Source of the DNA: a bacterium
GTDB taxonomy: Bacteria; Vulcanimicrobiota; Xenobia; Xenobiales; JADMJV01
Length of the DNA: 64,000 nt
Assembly: GCA_030149525.1 (NCBI GenBank)
Contig: JASBRJ010000282.1
Coordinates: forward strand, 14,491-78,490
Direction of reading: 5' to 3'
The translations under genes and the position numbers were made by a program. Each line of letters starts with the position of its first letter. The stretch's first letter is position 1. A model generated the notes under the pieces. It worked only from the letters and a program-made list of their open reading frames with translations, was not told the DNA's origin and did not search any database. Shown one piece after another: positions 18,761-27,081 of the stretch.

Positions 18761-19897
18761 GGGAGCGTCGGCCGTTCTTTTGCGTAGGCTCCTGGCCGAA
18801 CCCATCAGCACGGCAACCCATCTCAGATCATCGGAGTTTTCCAGAAGGATCTTGACCAGCATCGTGATCGGCACGGATAAGAACATTCCGATGGGGCCCC
18901 AGGCCCAGCCCCAGAAAACCAGGCTGAGGAAGACGATAAGGGGGCTTAGTCCAAGGTGTCGGCCCATGAGTTGGGGCTCGAGGAAGTTGGAAACGGCTGT
19001 ATTGACAACAATATAGCCCAGGGCCAGGCAGAAGACAGCCACCCAACTGAGACTGATGCAACCCAGAAGAACCGCAGGTACGGCGGCTATAATGGACCCC
19101 ACCACGGGGATGTAGTTTAAAACGAACGCCACCAGTCCCCACAGTACGGGAAAGTCAACTCCCACGACGGTACAAAGTATTCCGATGAGCAGTCCGGTGA
19201 CGGCAGAGGTCACGGTTTTCACGAAAAGATAGCGCTGGACGTCGTCGGTCACTTTCTCAAAGCGACCCACGTCGACTGTGTGGGAGAGGGCCGCACGAAA
19301 CTTAACACGATAGTCGGCTGCCTCAAGGAGCAGAAAGACAAGGATAACAGCCGCTGTGGCTACAGAAGAAAAGCTCCTGGCCACCCCTTGAAGCAGGCTG
19401 GTGAGAATGCCCATGGCGACACCTTCATCGACCTGACTTAACTTGGAGGGGAGTTCAAGGCCATAGGGGTTGAGCCTCTCCTGGATTCTGTCAAAAAGAA
19501 TCTGGAGGTCCTGCTTGTAGCCGGGGAGAGCCTCTGTAAAGCCTTCCACAGATTGCGCTGCCAGGCCGCCCAGAAGAAGGAGGATGCCGCAGAAAAGGAA
19601 CGCCACCATCAACGCGGCTAACCAACCCGGCACCTTTTTGTTCTGAAGCCAGCGTAAGGGTAAAGCTCCGGCAATTGCGACGAGAAGCGCAAAGAGGAAG
19701 GGGGCCAGAATCGCTCTCATTTGGACCATGCCGGCCCCTACAATAATAGCTGAAGCGGCTCCCACCAGCACTCTGTATCCGGTAAATTTGGGGCCGAGCG
19801 GACCGAGCAAATTCTCCGAGAAAGAGGCGTGATCGGACTCGGGAGACCGGTCGATCGATTCGGGCGTTGCGGAAACGGGAGACTCTTGAACGGTCAA
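18734..19897 (-). CDS. AI-2E family transporter (PerM/UPF0118 permease)
   Basis: Polytopic membrane protein with the characteristic AI-2E family pattern (...NYIPVVGSIIAAVPAVLLG..., PITMLVKILLE). Confidence 0.8.
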   Translation of the reverse strand: MTVQESPVSATPESIDRSPESDHASFSENLLGPLGPKFTGYRVLVGAASAIIVGAGMVQMRAILAPFLFALLVAIAGALPLRWLQNKKVPGWLAALMVAFLFCGILLLLGGLAAQSVEGFTEALPGYKQDLQILFDRIQERLNPYGLELPSKLSQVDEGVAMGILTSLLQGVARSFSSVATAAVILVFLLLEAADYRVKFRAALSHTVDVGRFEKVTDDVQRYLFVKTVTSAVTGLLIGILCTVVGVDFPVLWGLVAFVLNYIPVVGSIIAAVPAVLLGCISLSWVAVFCLALGYIVVNTAVSNFLEPQLMGRHLGLSPLIVFLSLVFWGWAWGPIGMFLSVPITMLVKILLENSDDLRWVAVLMGSARSLRKRTADAPSESPGEPV

Positions 19898-21036
19898 GGA
19901 AACCTCTGGTTGGAATTATGTTTAGGAAGAAGCTGTGTCATGAGAAATCCTTCTGCCTGGTCCGAGTCGGGATCCGGCCATCTCAGCAGGAGAGCCCAGT
20001 GTATCGGGCGGTCGGGTGATCTTTCGATAATGCAGGCGTGCCAGCCTTTTTGAGCTTTCACCAGCAGATGCAGTTGTTGCAGAAACGGTGGGACTTGACG
20101 CATAGATTGGTCAACATCAAATCGCCTTTCAAGAAATGCCGACAGAGTGTTGATCCCGCCGTCGGGTGTACAGAAAAAGAAGTCGCCTCTTCGATACCAG
20201 GCCGCCGCAGAATCTTCGTCAAAGCCATGCACCCGGAGCCCGTATGACCAGCGCGCCGTGCGTGGTACAAGTGAGGTGGGGAATCTTTGGTTCAGAAACC
20301 GATCGATCATCTCCGGCGAGGACATTTGTGAAGCGAGCACAGTATGCTCCTGCCATTTCAAAAAGCAAAAGGGCCCTTTCAGAGCCGGACTCAAATCGAG
20401 GAGCGGCTGGAATTCCCACCGTTTCCACTGAAGAACAAGCTTTTCTTTAAGCTCTTCGGGAAGACTAAGGATGCCGCTGTCCACCACCAGCACCTGACTG
20501 GTGTCTTGAGGAAGATCTCCCAGAATGTCGAGACTCACACCTTTAGAACGGCTCGGTTCGAGAAAGGGGGTTTCCAGGTTCCATCTCACCGGTCCACCAT
20601 AGAGGCCCAGGGCCGCGTCGAGTTCGAAGAGCTTGGCCTCAAGGGTGGATTGAGCTTTTGTGACTTTGAAGTAGGCTCTAGGGGCACCCGGGAAATTGTC
20701 GCCTGCCGGTGCGCTGCCCCAGGTGGAGTCGGCCGTGTTCGGTGCCGATCGACTGCCCTTTAGAAGGCTGAGAATAAGGTTTGATTGCTCTGGGGGAACG
20801 TTCTTGGTATCCAGTTGGAACTCCCAGTCTTTGGACATGATCGAAACGTCATAGCGGGCTTGAGTGTTAGATTGGGTAGGAGACCAAACGCCCCGAGGAG
20901 ATAAAAACCGAAGGCAGATCATGACCACGAGAAAGACGAGCAATAACCCGATGGGAGCCCCCTCGGAAGCGGTTCCTAGATTTTTTTTAAAGACTCTGCC
21001 TCTCATGTCCACGCAGCGTTCTCGCTCCCCGGTCAT
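19894..21036 (-). CDS. Hypothetical membrane-anchored protein (N-terminal TM helix, large soluble domain), no recognisable family
   Basis: 380-aa ORF with a single N-terminal hydrophobic helix (IGLLLVFLVVMICL). Its stop overlaps the AI-2E start (ATGA at 19894-19897), implying co-transcription. Confidence 0.6.
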   Translation of the reverse strand: MTGERERCVDMRGRVFKKNLGTASEGAPIGLLLVFLVVMICLRFLSPRGVWSPTQSNTQARYDVSIMSKDWEFQLDTKNVPPEQSNLILSLLKGSRSAPNTADSTWGSAPAGDNFPGAPRAYFKVTKAQSTLEAKLFELDAALGLYGGPVRWNLETPFLEPSRSKGVSLDILGDLPQDTSQVLVVDSGILSLPEELKEKLVLQWKRWEFQPLLDLSPALKGPFCFLKWQEHTVLASQMSSPEMIDRFLNQRFPTSLVPRTARWSYGLRVHGFDEDSAAAWYRRGDFFFCTPDGGINTLSAFLERRFDVDQSMRQVPPFLQQLHLLVKAQKGWHACIIERSPDRPIHWALLLRWPDPDSDQAEGFLMTQLLPKHNSNQRFP

Positions 21037-21107
21037 CGGCCTTTTTCTTTGGCCAGTCTACGGGGAGGAGCCCAAATTTTGGACCCGAAGCAGAAGGCGA
21101 GGAATTA

Positions 21108-22016
21108 ATGAGTCAATTTTGTGATAACTGTGGCGCGCAATTGCGCGAGTCAGCCAAGTTTTGTGGTCAGTGCGGCCACAAGCAAACACCTTCGGCACCG
21201 CCGCAATCCGCTCCACCTCAAAATCCAGCGGCAACTGTCCGGCCTTCTGTGCCGTCTTCCACCGTCCGGCCTTCCGGCCCGCCACCCATGGGTGCGGTCG
21301 GTGATCAGCCGCCTCCGCCCCAATATTGGGAGTCCTATGACTACCCGTCGGTGGACCCGAACTCCCCGCGAGATTGGATCGAAAAGAGTGAAAAAGGTCC
21401 GCACCATTCGGATCATCGACACACTCCGGCTAATCCTACACCAAAATTTCGCCCTCAGGATGCTTCTCGGCCACTGCCACCGCTCTCCTTCGGAGGCCCG
21501 GCTCCACCGAGCGGAGCCCGTGAAAAGGCTCGCGACATTGCGCGCAGCTTCGCTATCAGCGCTGCCGGCATTGTGCTTGTGCCTCTTCCGTTCTCCGACC
21601 TGGTTTTTCTTATGCCGATCCAGACCGCAATGGTTCTTTCCATCGGGAAGGCCTACAACGTCAAGGATCCTCCGGAGAAGACTCTGGCCCACATATCTGC
21701 CGCCTGTGGAGCTTCGGTGTTTGGTCAAATCACCACACTCTTCGTCGCTAACCTGATTCCCATTATCGGGAAGTTGGTCTCGGCTCCGTTTGTCTACGGT
21801 TGGACCTACGGCCTCGGTGAAGTTGCCATCCGTTATTTCGAAGCCCAGGGCGAGCTCCAGGGCGACGAACTGAAGCAGATCTTCAAGAAGGTCTCGAAAG
21901 ACGCCACCCGTGCTTTCCGAAAGAATGATGTGAAGTCCGTCGAGGATAGCTTCAGTCATCTCAAGGACCATCTCTCGCCCGAAGAATACGAAAAACTTCG
22001 CAAGCGTTTCTCATAG
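21108..22016 (+). CDS. Zinc-ribbon domain protein with Pro-rich linker and C-terminal DUF697 (YcjF-like) membrane-associated domain
   Basis: N-terminal CDNCGAQL...CGQCG zinc ribbon, then a PSAPPQSAPPQNP-rich linker. C-terminal VPLPFSDLVFLMPIQTAMVLSIGKAYN resembles the E. coli YcjF segment [27 protein letters not shown]. Confidence 0.6.
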   Translation: MSQFCDNCGAQLRESAKFCGQCGHKQTPSAPPQSAPPQNPAATVRPSVPSSTVRPSGPPPMGAVGDQPPPPQYWESYDYPSVDPNSPRDWIEKSEKGPHHSDHRHTPANPTPKFRPQDASRPLPPLSFGGPAPPSGAREKARDIARSFAISAAGIVLVPLPFSDLVFLMPIQTAMVLSIGKAYNVKDPPEKTLAHISAACGASVFGQITTLFVANLIPIIGKLVSAPFVYGWTYGLGEVAIRYFEAQGELQGDELKQIFKKVSKDATRAFRKNDVKSVEDSFSHLKDHLSPEEYEKLRKRFS

Positions 22017-22019
22017 GAG

Positions 22020-23981
22020 TTGACCGCTCTCATGCCCCTCGCGCCCCCTATTCAGGAAGTTGAACAGTCGGTTGAACGGCTTCTCGCTCAAGAGTCTCTC
22101 GATGAGAAGACACTGCTGGAACGGTTTGGTCGTGCCAGGGGCTTTTTGTTGGAGTCTGAAGGGCTCTTTCGAGAGGTGGAAGACACCCTGCTCGTCGACG
22201 ATGAGGGGCGTCAGAAGCTTGAGTTATGTGCCCGGGAGATGCAACACAGTTTAGAGGCTCTCAACCGGCTTCAAGAAGCTGCCGTGAGTGGAAAGATGCT
22301 TATTCTCAGAGAGCGTTTGCAAACTTTTCTTATCTCCCGGACCCGTTGTTTGGAATATTTCGCCGAATTCAGTCGGCTGGCTGCCCAGCAACCTATCTAT
22401 AGCCCGGTTCCGGCGTTCGATGCTTTCATCAAGTCCGGGATTAAGGTGCTGGAAGGTCAGCTCGATGGGCAGCGTCTTCGCGACCGGTTCTCCGCCCTTA
22501 TGCCGGAGCTTCATAAGGTTCAAAGGTTGGTGGGCTTACTGCCGCGTCTGCATGAACCGCCTCAAGAGCTCATGCTGGCACTCAATCAGGGCCTGCAAGG
22601 TCTTCAAACCGGGTACGGGGCGCTGGCGCAATATCTGGAGAAAGGCGACCGGGTTGCCCTGGAAGACGGTTTAAAACTGTTGGGTAGCTCCAGCAACATA
22701 CTCAACGACCAGTTGGCACGAGCGGAACAGTTTGCGCAAGGGGCCGCCAGATATTCGAAGTTTCGCCCGGTGGAGGAATGGCTGCGACTCAAGGATTACG
22801 TGCTGAAGAAACCTGAAGATAAGATACCGCCGGCCTGGATCGGTTTCACGGTTGCTCAGGTCTTTTTGATGTGGGACTTTCTTCTTGATCAGGCTCAGGG
22901 ACTTCTGGACAATCCTTTGTTGAGAGAACTTGAGCTCACCGATGGGGTGACTGTGGAGCTGCTTGAGGAGAGCCTGGCCGCCCGAGCAGTGGCCGACCAA
23001 GAGCTTGCTCCTCTTACCGGTCAAGCGCTCATGCAAAGTTCAGAAACGCTTTGGTTAGAGAAGACGAAAGCTGCCGAGTCGCTACAAGCAGCCGTCGCTC
23101 AGAGTCTCCAGCACCTGGACGAAGCCATGGCGCCCTATCGAGAATTGCCGGGCCTTGAGAACATTGTTCTTCTCAAAGATCAAGTGAAGAAAGGTCTTGT
23201 GGACAAAGCTTCTCTTCGAAACGAGTTTCACAACCAGCTGCAGCGAGTGGAGGAGTTGCTCGAGTCCGTCCGTCAGGGCCAGGACCCGATCTCTGTGGAG
23301 TTTCGAGATATCTTGCCCATTCATCGAAGCGCCTTCATGGGGATGCTTGAAAATCTTGAGTCCGACGATTGGTTCGGCCTGGAAAATCGCTGGCAGGGAG
23401 TTGTTTCGACCTTACCTCATCTGGCCGACCTCAGTCGAAACATTCGTCAGCGTTTAAAGGCTCAAGGATCGGCATCCAAGCGGATCCAGTGTGTACGATG
23501 CGGAAACTCCAACGAACCCACCAGAAGAGTCTGCTCGTCTTGCGGTGCCAATCTCCCCACAGTGATTCAGAAAATGCAGACCTTTTCGGAGATCGACACG
23601 GGGCAGGGTGGACCGACGGTGGGATTAGCTCCTCGGGCCATTGATCTGCTGGAGTCGATGGTCCAGGGTCTTGAGAGCAATCAAACGACCAAGAAAGACG
23701 CGGCCGAGGCTCTCCAGCTTCTCATAGACGATGTGAGCCGTCAGCGACAGATGTTTACCAAGAAACTCTTACCTCTCATGGGTAAAGACGAGACTTTAGA
23801 CAGCTACCTCCGCTATTTTGCTCAAGGTCTCGGCCAATACTTCACTAATCTGAATGAACTTCAGCAGGCGGTGAGAGAGGGTTCTCTGCCCCGTCTTCAC
23901 TCCGGTCTCACTCTCGTTCGCGATACTCTGGATACTCTGGACGCGATGAAAGACCGCATCGATGAGGCGCTCGCCGGTTGA
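22020..23981 (+). CDS. Large hypothetical alpha-helical protein with embedded C4 zinc ribbon
   Basis: 653-aa ORF rich in L/E/Q/R helical heptads. CVRCGNSNEPTRRVCSSCG zinc ribbon near residue ~490. Start 4 nt after the upstream stop; overlaps the downstream gene by 4 nt. Confidence 0.65.
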   Translation: MTALMPLAPPIQEVEQSVERLLAQESLDEKTLLERFGRARGFLLESEGLFREVEDTLLVDDEGRQKLELCAREMQHSLEALNRLQEAAVSGKMLILRERLQTFLISRTRCLEYFAEFSRLAAQQPIYSPVPAFDAFIKSGIKVLEGQLDGQRLRDRFSALMPELHKVQRLVGLLPRLHEPPQELMLALNQGLQGLQTGYGALAQYLEKGDRVALEDGLKLLGSSSNILNDQLARAEQFAQGAARYSKFRPVEEWLRLKDYVLKKPEDKIPPAWIGFTVAQVFLMWDFLLDQAQGLLDNPLLRELELTDGVTVELLEESLAARAVADQELAPLTGQALMQSSETLWLEKTKAAESLQAAVAQSLQHLDEAMAPYRELPGLENIVLLKDQVKKGLVDKASLRNEFHNQLQRVEELLESVRQGQDPISVEFRDILPIHRSAFMGMLENLESDDWFGLENRWQGVVSTLPHLADLSRNIRQRLKAQGSASKRIQCVRCGNSNEPTRRVCSSCGANLPTVIQKMQTFSEIDTGQGGPTVGLAPRAIDLLESMVQGLESNQTTKKDAAEALQLLIDDVSRQRQMFTKKLLPLMGKDETLDSYLRYFAQGLGQYFTNLNELQQAVREGSLPRLHSGLTLVRDTLDTLDAMKDRIDEALAG

Positions 23982-25213
23982 ACAACCTTCAGGCCAAACT
24001 TGCGCTCCTGAAAAAGGTTTCAGGAGGTCCAGGTGGCGCCCCTCAAGGATCCACCACTCTTAAAACAGGCTCCCGAGACCAAACTGACGTTCGTCTTCGT
24101 GAAACGCTCAACGGCGATTTCGAAGAAACACCGAGGGGGCGAATCTTCGTGGTTCGGAACAGATACTCACTCTCCGAACCCTACGGGCACACAGTGCTTT
24201 CGGAGAGCCTCGGCTTTCCCGCCCACATCCTGAGTTCGCTTTATCAGGGGTTGGAAGACTTCGAGATGGAGCGGAGTCTTTTCTTCGATACGGAGACCAC
24301 CGGTCTTGCCGGAGGCTCCGGTACCTACGCCTTTCTTGTGGGCCTCGGTTATTACCAGGGTGAGGAATTTGTCACAGAGCAACTCCTCATGCGAGATCAT
24401 AGCGACGAACCGGCCCTTCTGTGGTATTTTGCCCAACGGCTTCGCGACAAGACATCCCTGGTGAGTTTCAACGGGCGCACCTTTGACGCGCAACTGCTTT
24501 CCACTCGTTACCTCATGCATCGGCTTCAGGAGCCTTTCGAAGATCGGAGCCATCTCGATCTCCTGCATATCAGTCGACGGATCTGGAACTTCAGCCGTTT
24601 GCCCGACTGTCGTCTGGAGACACTGGAGACGAGAGTCGTGGGGGCGCCTCGACACGACGACGTTCCCGGTTGGATGATCCCGGATCTCTTCTTCGACTTT
24701 CTCAGAAGTAGGAACCCTGGACCGCTCAAAGGCGTGATCGAGCATAATCGGCGAGACCTCCTGGCCATGGTCGCCCTCTGTTCCAAGCTCAATCATCTTT
24801 TGAACTGTCAGGAACCTCCCGGCGATCCTCACCTATGTCTTGGCCTGGCAAGAGTTTGGGCTCATCTGGAAGATTGGTCACGCAGCGATAGCTTTTTTCG
24901 TTATGCCGTCACTCACCGGCATCTCAATGAGCAGGCCAAAGAGAAAGGCATGATCTACTGGTCGAGAGAGCTCAAAAAGAGGAGAGAGAGTGAAAAAGCC
25001 GCGCTTCTTTGGCGGCGCATTCTCACCCATTATCCGGGAAATCTTGAGGCCACGGTTGAGCTCGCCAAGTGGCTTGAGCACAAACGAAGAGACTATCGCT
25101 CGGCTCTGATTCTGGTGGAAGGGGGGCTCAGAGACCGAACCCTAACCTCCGTACGGCGCAGAGAATTGGAACATAGAGCATCGAGACTTCGCCGGCGGGT
25201 CGGGGGAGAGTGA
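23978..25213 (+). CDS. YprB-like RNase H-fold (DnaQ-like exonuclease superfamily) protein with C-terminal TPR-like region
   Basis: FFDTETTGL (Exo I-like DxE motif) and downstream HNxxD-like acidic motifs (EHNRRD); the C-terminal ~100 aa are helical repeats. Confidence 0.6.
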   Translation: MNNLQAKLALLKKVSGGPGGAPQGSTTLKTGSRDQTDVRLRETLNGDFEETPRGRIFVVRNRYSLSEPYGHTVLSESLGFPAHILSSLYQGLEDFEMERSLFFDTETTGLAGGSGTYAFLVGLGYYQGEEFVTEQLLMRDHSDEPALLWYFAQRLRDKTSLVSFNGRTFDAQLLSTRYLMHRLQEPFEDRSHLDLLHISRRIWNFSRLPDCRLETLETRVVGAPRHDDVPGWMIPDLFFDFLRSRNPGPLKGVIEHNRRDLLAMVALCSKLNHLLNCQEPPGDPHLCLGLARVWAHLEDWSRSDSFFRYAVTHRHLNEQAKEKGMIYWSRELKKRRESEKAALLWRRILTHYPGNLEATVELAKWLEHKRRDYRSALILVEGGLRDRTLTSVRRRELEHRASRLRRRVGGE

Positions 25214-25221
25214 CCGAGAGG

Positions 25222-25584
25222 TTAGGAAGTGGCTCCGCCGCCGCCGGCCCCACCACCGCCGCCTGCTCCGCCGCCACCGGCAGCGCCTCCGCCTCCAGCG
25301 GACGCAGCACCACCTGAAGAAGCTCCACCGTCGGAAAGGCCTGCCACGATAGCACCGACAGAGGCACTGTTGCCGGAGTCTCCGGATATCGCCTCGGAAG
25401 AGATGGAGGAGGAGTCCGCTGTTTGGAAACCGGCCTGGGCAAAACCCCCGCTAGCATCTCCGCTTGCCGAAGACCCCCCACTTGCCGCGGCAGACCCCGC
25501 TCCGGAACTTGAACTCGCTCCGTGGGCCGCCGAACTTGCGGGACTTGAACCTGTACCTATGCCGTGAAAATACTTTACATCCAT
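25222..25584 (-). CDS. Possible small Gly/Ser/Ala-rich low-complexity protein (alternative: Pro/Ala-rich ORF on + strand 25229-25567)
   Basis: ATG-initiated 120-aa ORF ending in a (G)n(A)n tail; mutually antisense with a GTG-initiated Pro-rich ORF. GC3 content does not discriminate between them. Confidence 0.2.
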   Translation of the reverse strand: MDVKYFHGIGTGSSPASSAAHGASSSSGAGSAAASGGSSASGDASGGFAQAGFQTADSSSISSEAISGDSGNSASVGAIVAGLSDGGASSGGAASAGGGGAAGGGGAGGGGGAGGGGATS

Positions 25585-25680
25585 CTTGTCTCAAGTTTAC
25601 CCGGCTGGAACGGTTTTGTGGGGTAGGGATTGTTAAGAAGATGTAAAGTATGTTTCCGCTCGTTGCGAAACTGTGTCCAA

Positions 25681-27060
25681 CTAGTTGGTGGAGACGGCTT
25701 CTCCGTTGGAGGAACCGGGCTTTTTGAACGTCTGCTCCTCAGGCGGGCGTATGGCATCGGTGGCCGACGTCCCAGCGTCCACCGATTGGGCCAGGCTGAG
25801 AAGATTTCGGGTTCGCTGTTGACCGACCCGCTTTTTCCGTGCCTGCTCCAGGAGGACTCCACCTAGGATACGCCGCCGTGCAGCCTGCAACTGGCGCCGC
25901 TTATAGGAGACATGGGAACTCTCTCCCTGAGCGGAGACAAGATAATTTTCCCAATCCGTGATTTGAATCTCGAAAGGGAATGTGAATCGGAGCTGTTTTG
26001 GGTAGTGACGTTCCACCTCGCGACCTAAGGTTGGGTCTCCGGTCTGGCGGCGCAACTGGTTAATGACGGTTACGGCAGGATGGGAAACCTTGACCAATTT
26101 TCGGCAAGTGAACTGTATGGAACGGAAAGAGGGAGAGGAGTGGGGATTGGCCGCCATCCTATCCTCAAGCAACTTGGCTTCTTTAGTGGGACGATAGGCA
26201 AGTTGGCGAAAAAACTCCTGGTCGGTGGCTTCCTCATCGTCGATTCTCGCCTTACCTGCAGTGAGCGATTCGTAGGCCTCTCGAAACCTTTCAAGGTCGA
26301 CCAGAGTGTTGCGGGAGCGGCCGGGAGTCAGAAGCGGCAAGGAGACAAGATTCTGCTTCCGGAGGTACTTCAGGGCCAGAAGGGCGTCTAGTTTGGTCGG
26401 CGTGACCAGCTTGATACCTATTCGGTCGTAAACCTCGGAAGCTACGTTATCCGGTTTGTGCAACAACTTCAGAATGAGGCTCTCCCGTGACTTTCGGCGC
26501 TTAAAAAAGGCTGCTCTCAGGGGAACGGAACTCGGGCCACGCCCCAGGCTTTGAGGCTCTTCGGCAGAAGGGTACAAGTGATCGCGAAACGGTCCGAGAA
26601 TCTGCTCTTGAACTTCTCGGAAATAGGGTGTTCGGGCCGCTAGATTAGCGTGGCTGATCGTGTGCATGACACGCAGAACCGCGCAGGCCCAACTGGAAAG
26701 AACCGGGTCTCCTCGGTCGGAGGAGAGCAGAAGGAGATCGGCCAGCGTGGCGGGGTTCTCCACCTCGTCGGGAATGACGAGGTCCTCTGAGTCCGCCTCC
26801 AGTGAAGGGCACAGAAACTGAGAGATAAAGGATATGGCCTCCGCATGGATCTCATTGGCCTCCTCCAACTCCTTGGGATCACTGAACTCATAACCGTAAG
26901 CTGCGATAAACTCTTCAGCTTCCTGTCGGCTGCTTATGGCAAGGCCCGGCAGGTCAACCGGTGAAAAACCTTCGAGAAAGAGTCGGAGAGTGTCCCAGGA
27001 AAAATCGAGGCGCGGATCGTTAGCCGAATGCTGCACTAGAAATTGTTCCCATCTGGGCAC
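25681..27060 (-). CDS. Divergent RelA/SpoT-like nucleotidyltransferase (alarmone-synthetase fold) protein with ~185-aa N-terminal extension
   Basis: FKRRKSRESLILKLLHKP...YDRIGIKLVT aligns to RelQ RVKSPESILEKM...HDIAGIRIIC. SFRSIQFTCRKLV matches GYRSYHMIV, and FEIQITDWENYL matches EIQIRTLAMDFW. A ~90-aa insertion sits between the motifs. Confidence 0.45.
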   Translation of the reverse strand: MPRWEQFLVQHSANDPRLDFSWDTLRLFLEGFSPVDLPGLAISSRQEAEEFIAAYGYEFSDPKELEEANEIHAEAISFISQFLCPSLEADSEDLVIPDEVENPATLADLLLLSSDRGDPVLSSWACAVLRVMHTISHANLAARTPYFREVQEQILGPFRDHLYPSAEEPQSLGRGPSSVPLRAAFFKRRKSRESLILKLLHKPDNVASEVYDRIGIKLVTPTKLDALLALKYLRKQNLVSLPLLTPGRSRNTLVDLERFREAYESLTAGKARIDDEEATDQEFFRQLAYRPTKEAKLLEDRMAANPHSSPSFRSIQFTCRKLVKVSHPAVTVINQLRRQTGDPTLGREVERHYPKQLRFTFPFEIQITDWENYLVSAQGESSHVSYKRRQLQAARRRILGGVLLEQARKKRVGQQRTRNLLSLAQSVDAGTSATDAIRPPEEQTFKKPGSSNGEAVSTN

Positions 27061-27081
27061 ATTATAGGAGAGTTGCTCTCC

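Noticed and set aside
25229-25567. Pro/Ala-rich plus-strand ORF as a C-terminal extension of the YprB-like gene
   Set aside because: It is in the same frame as the upstream gene, but two stop codons (TGA 25211, TAG 25223) intervene and it has a GTG start with no usable RBS. It is kept only as an alternative to the antisense Gly-rich ORF.
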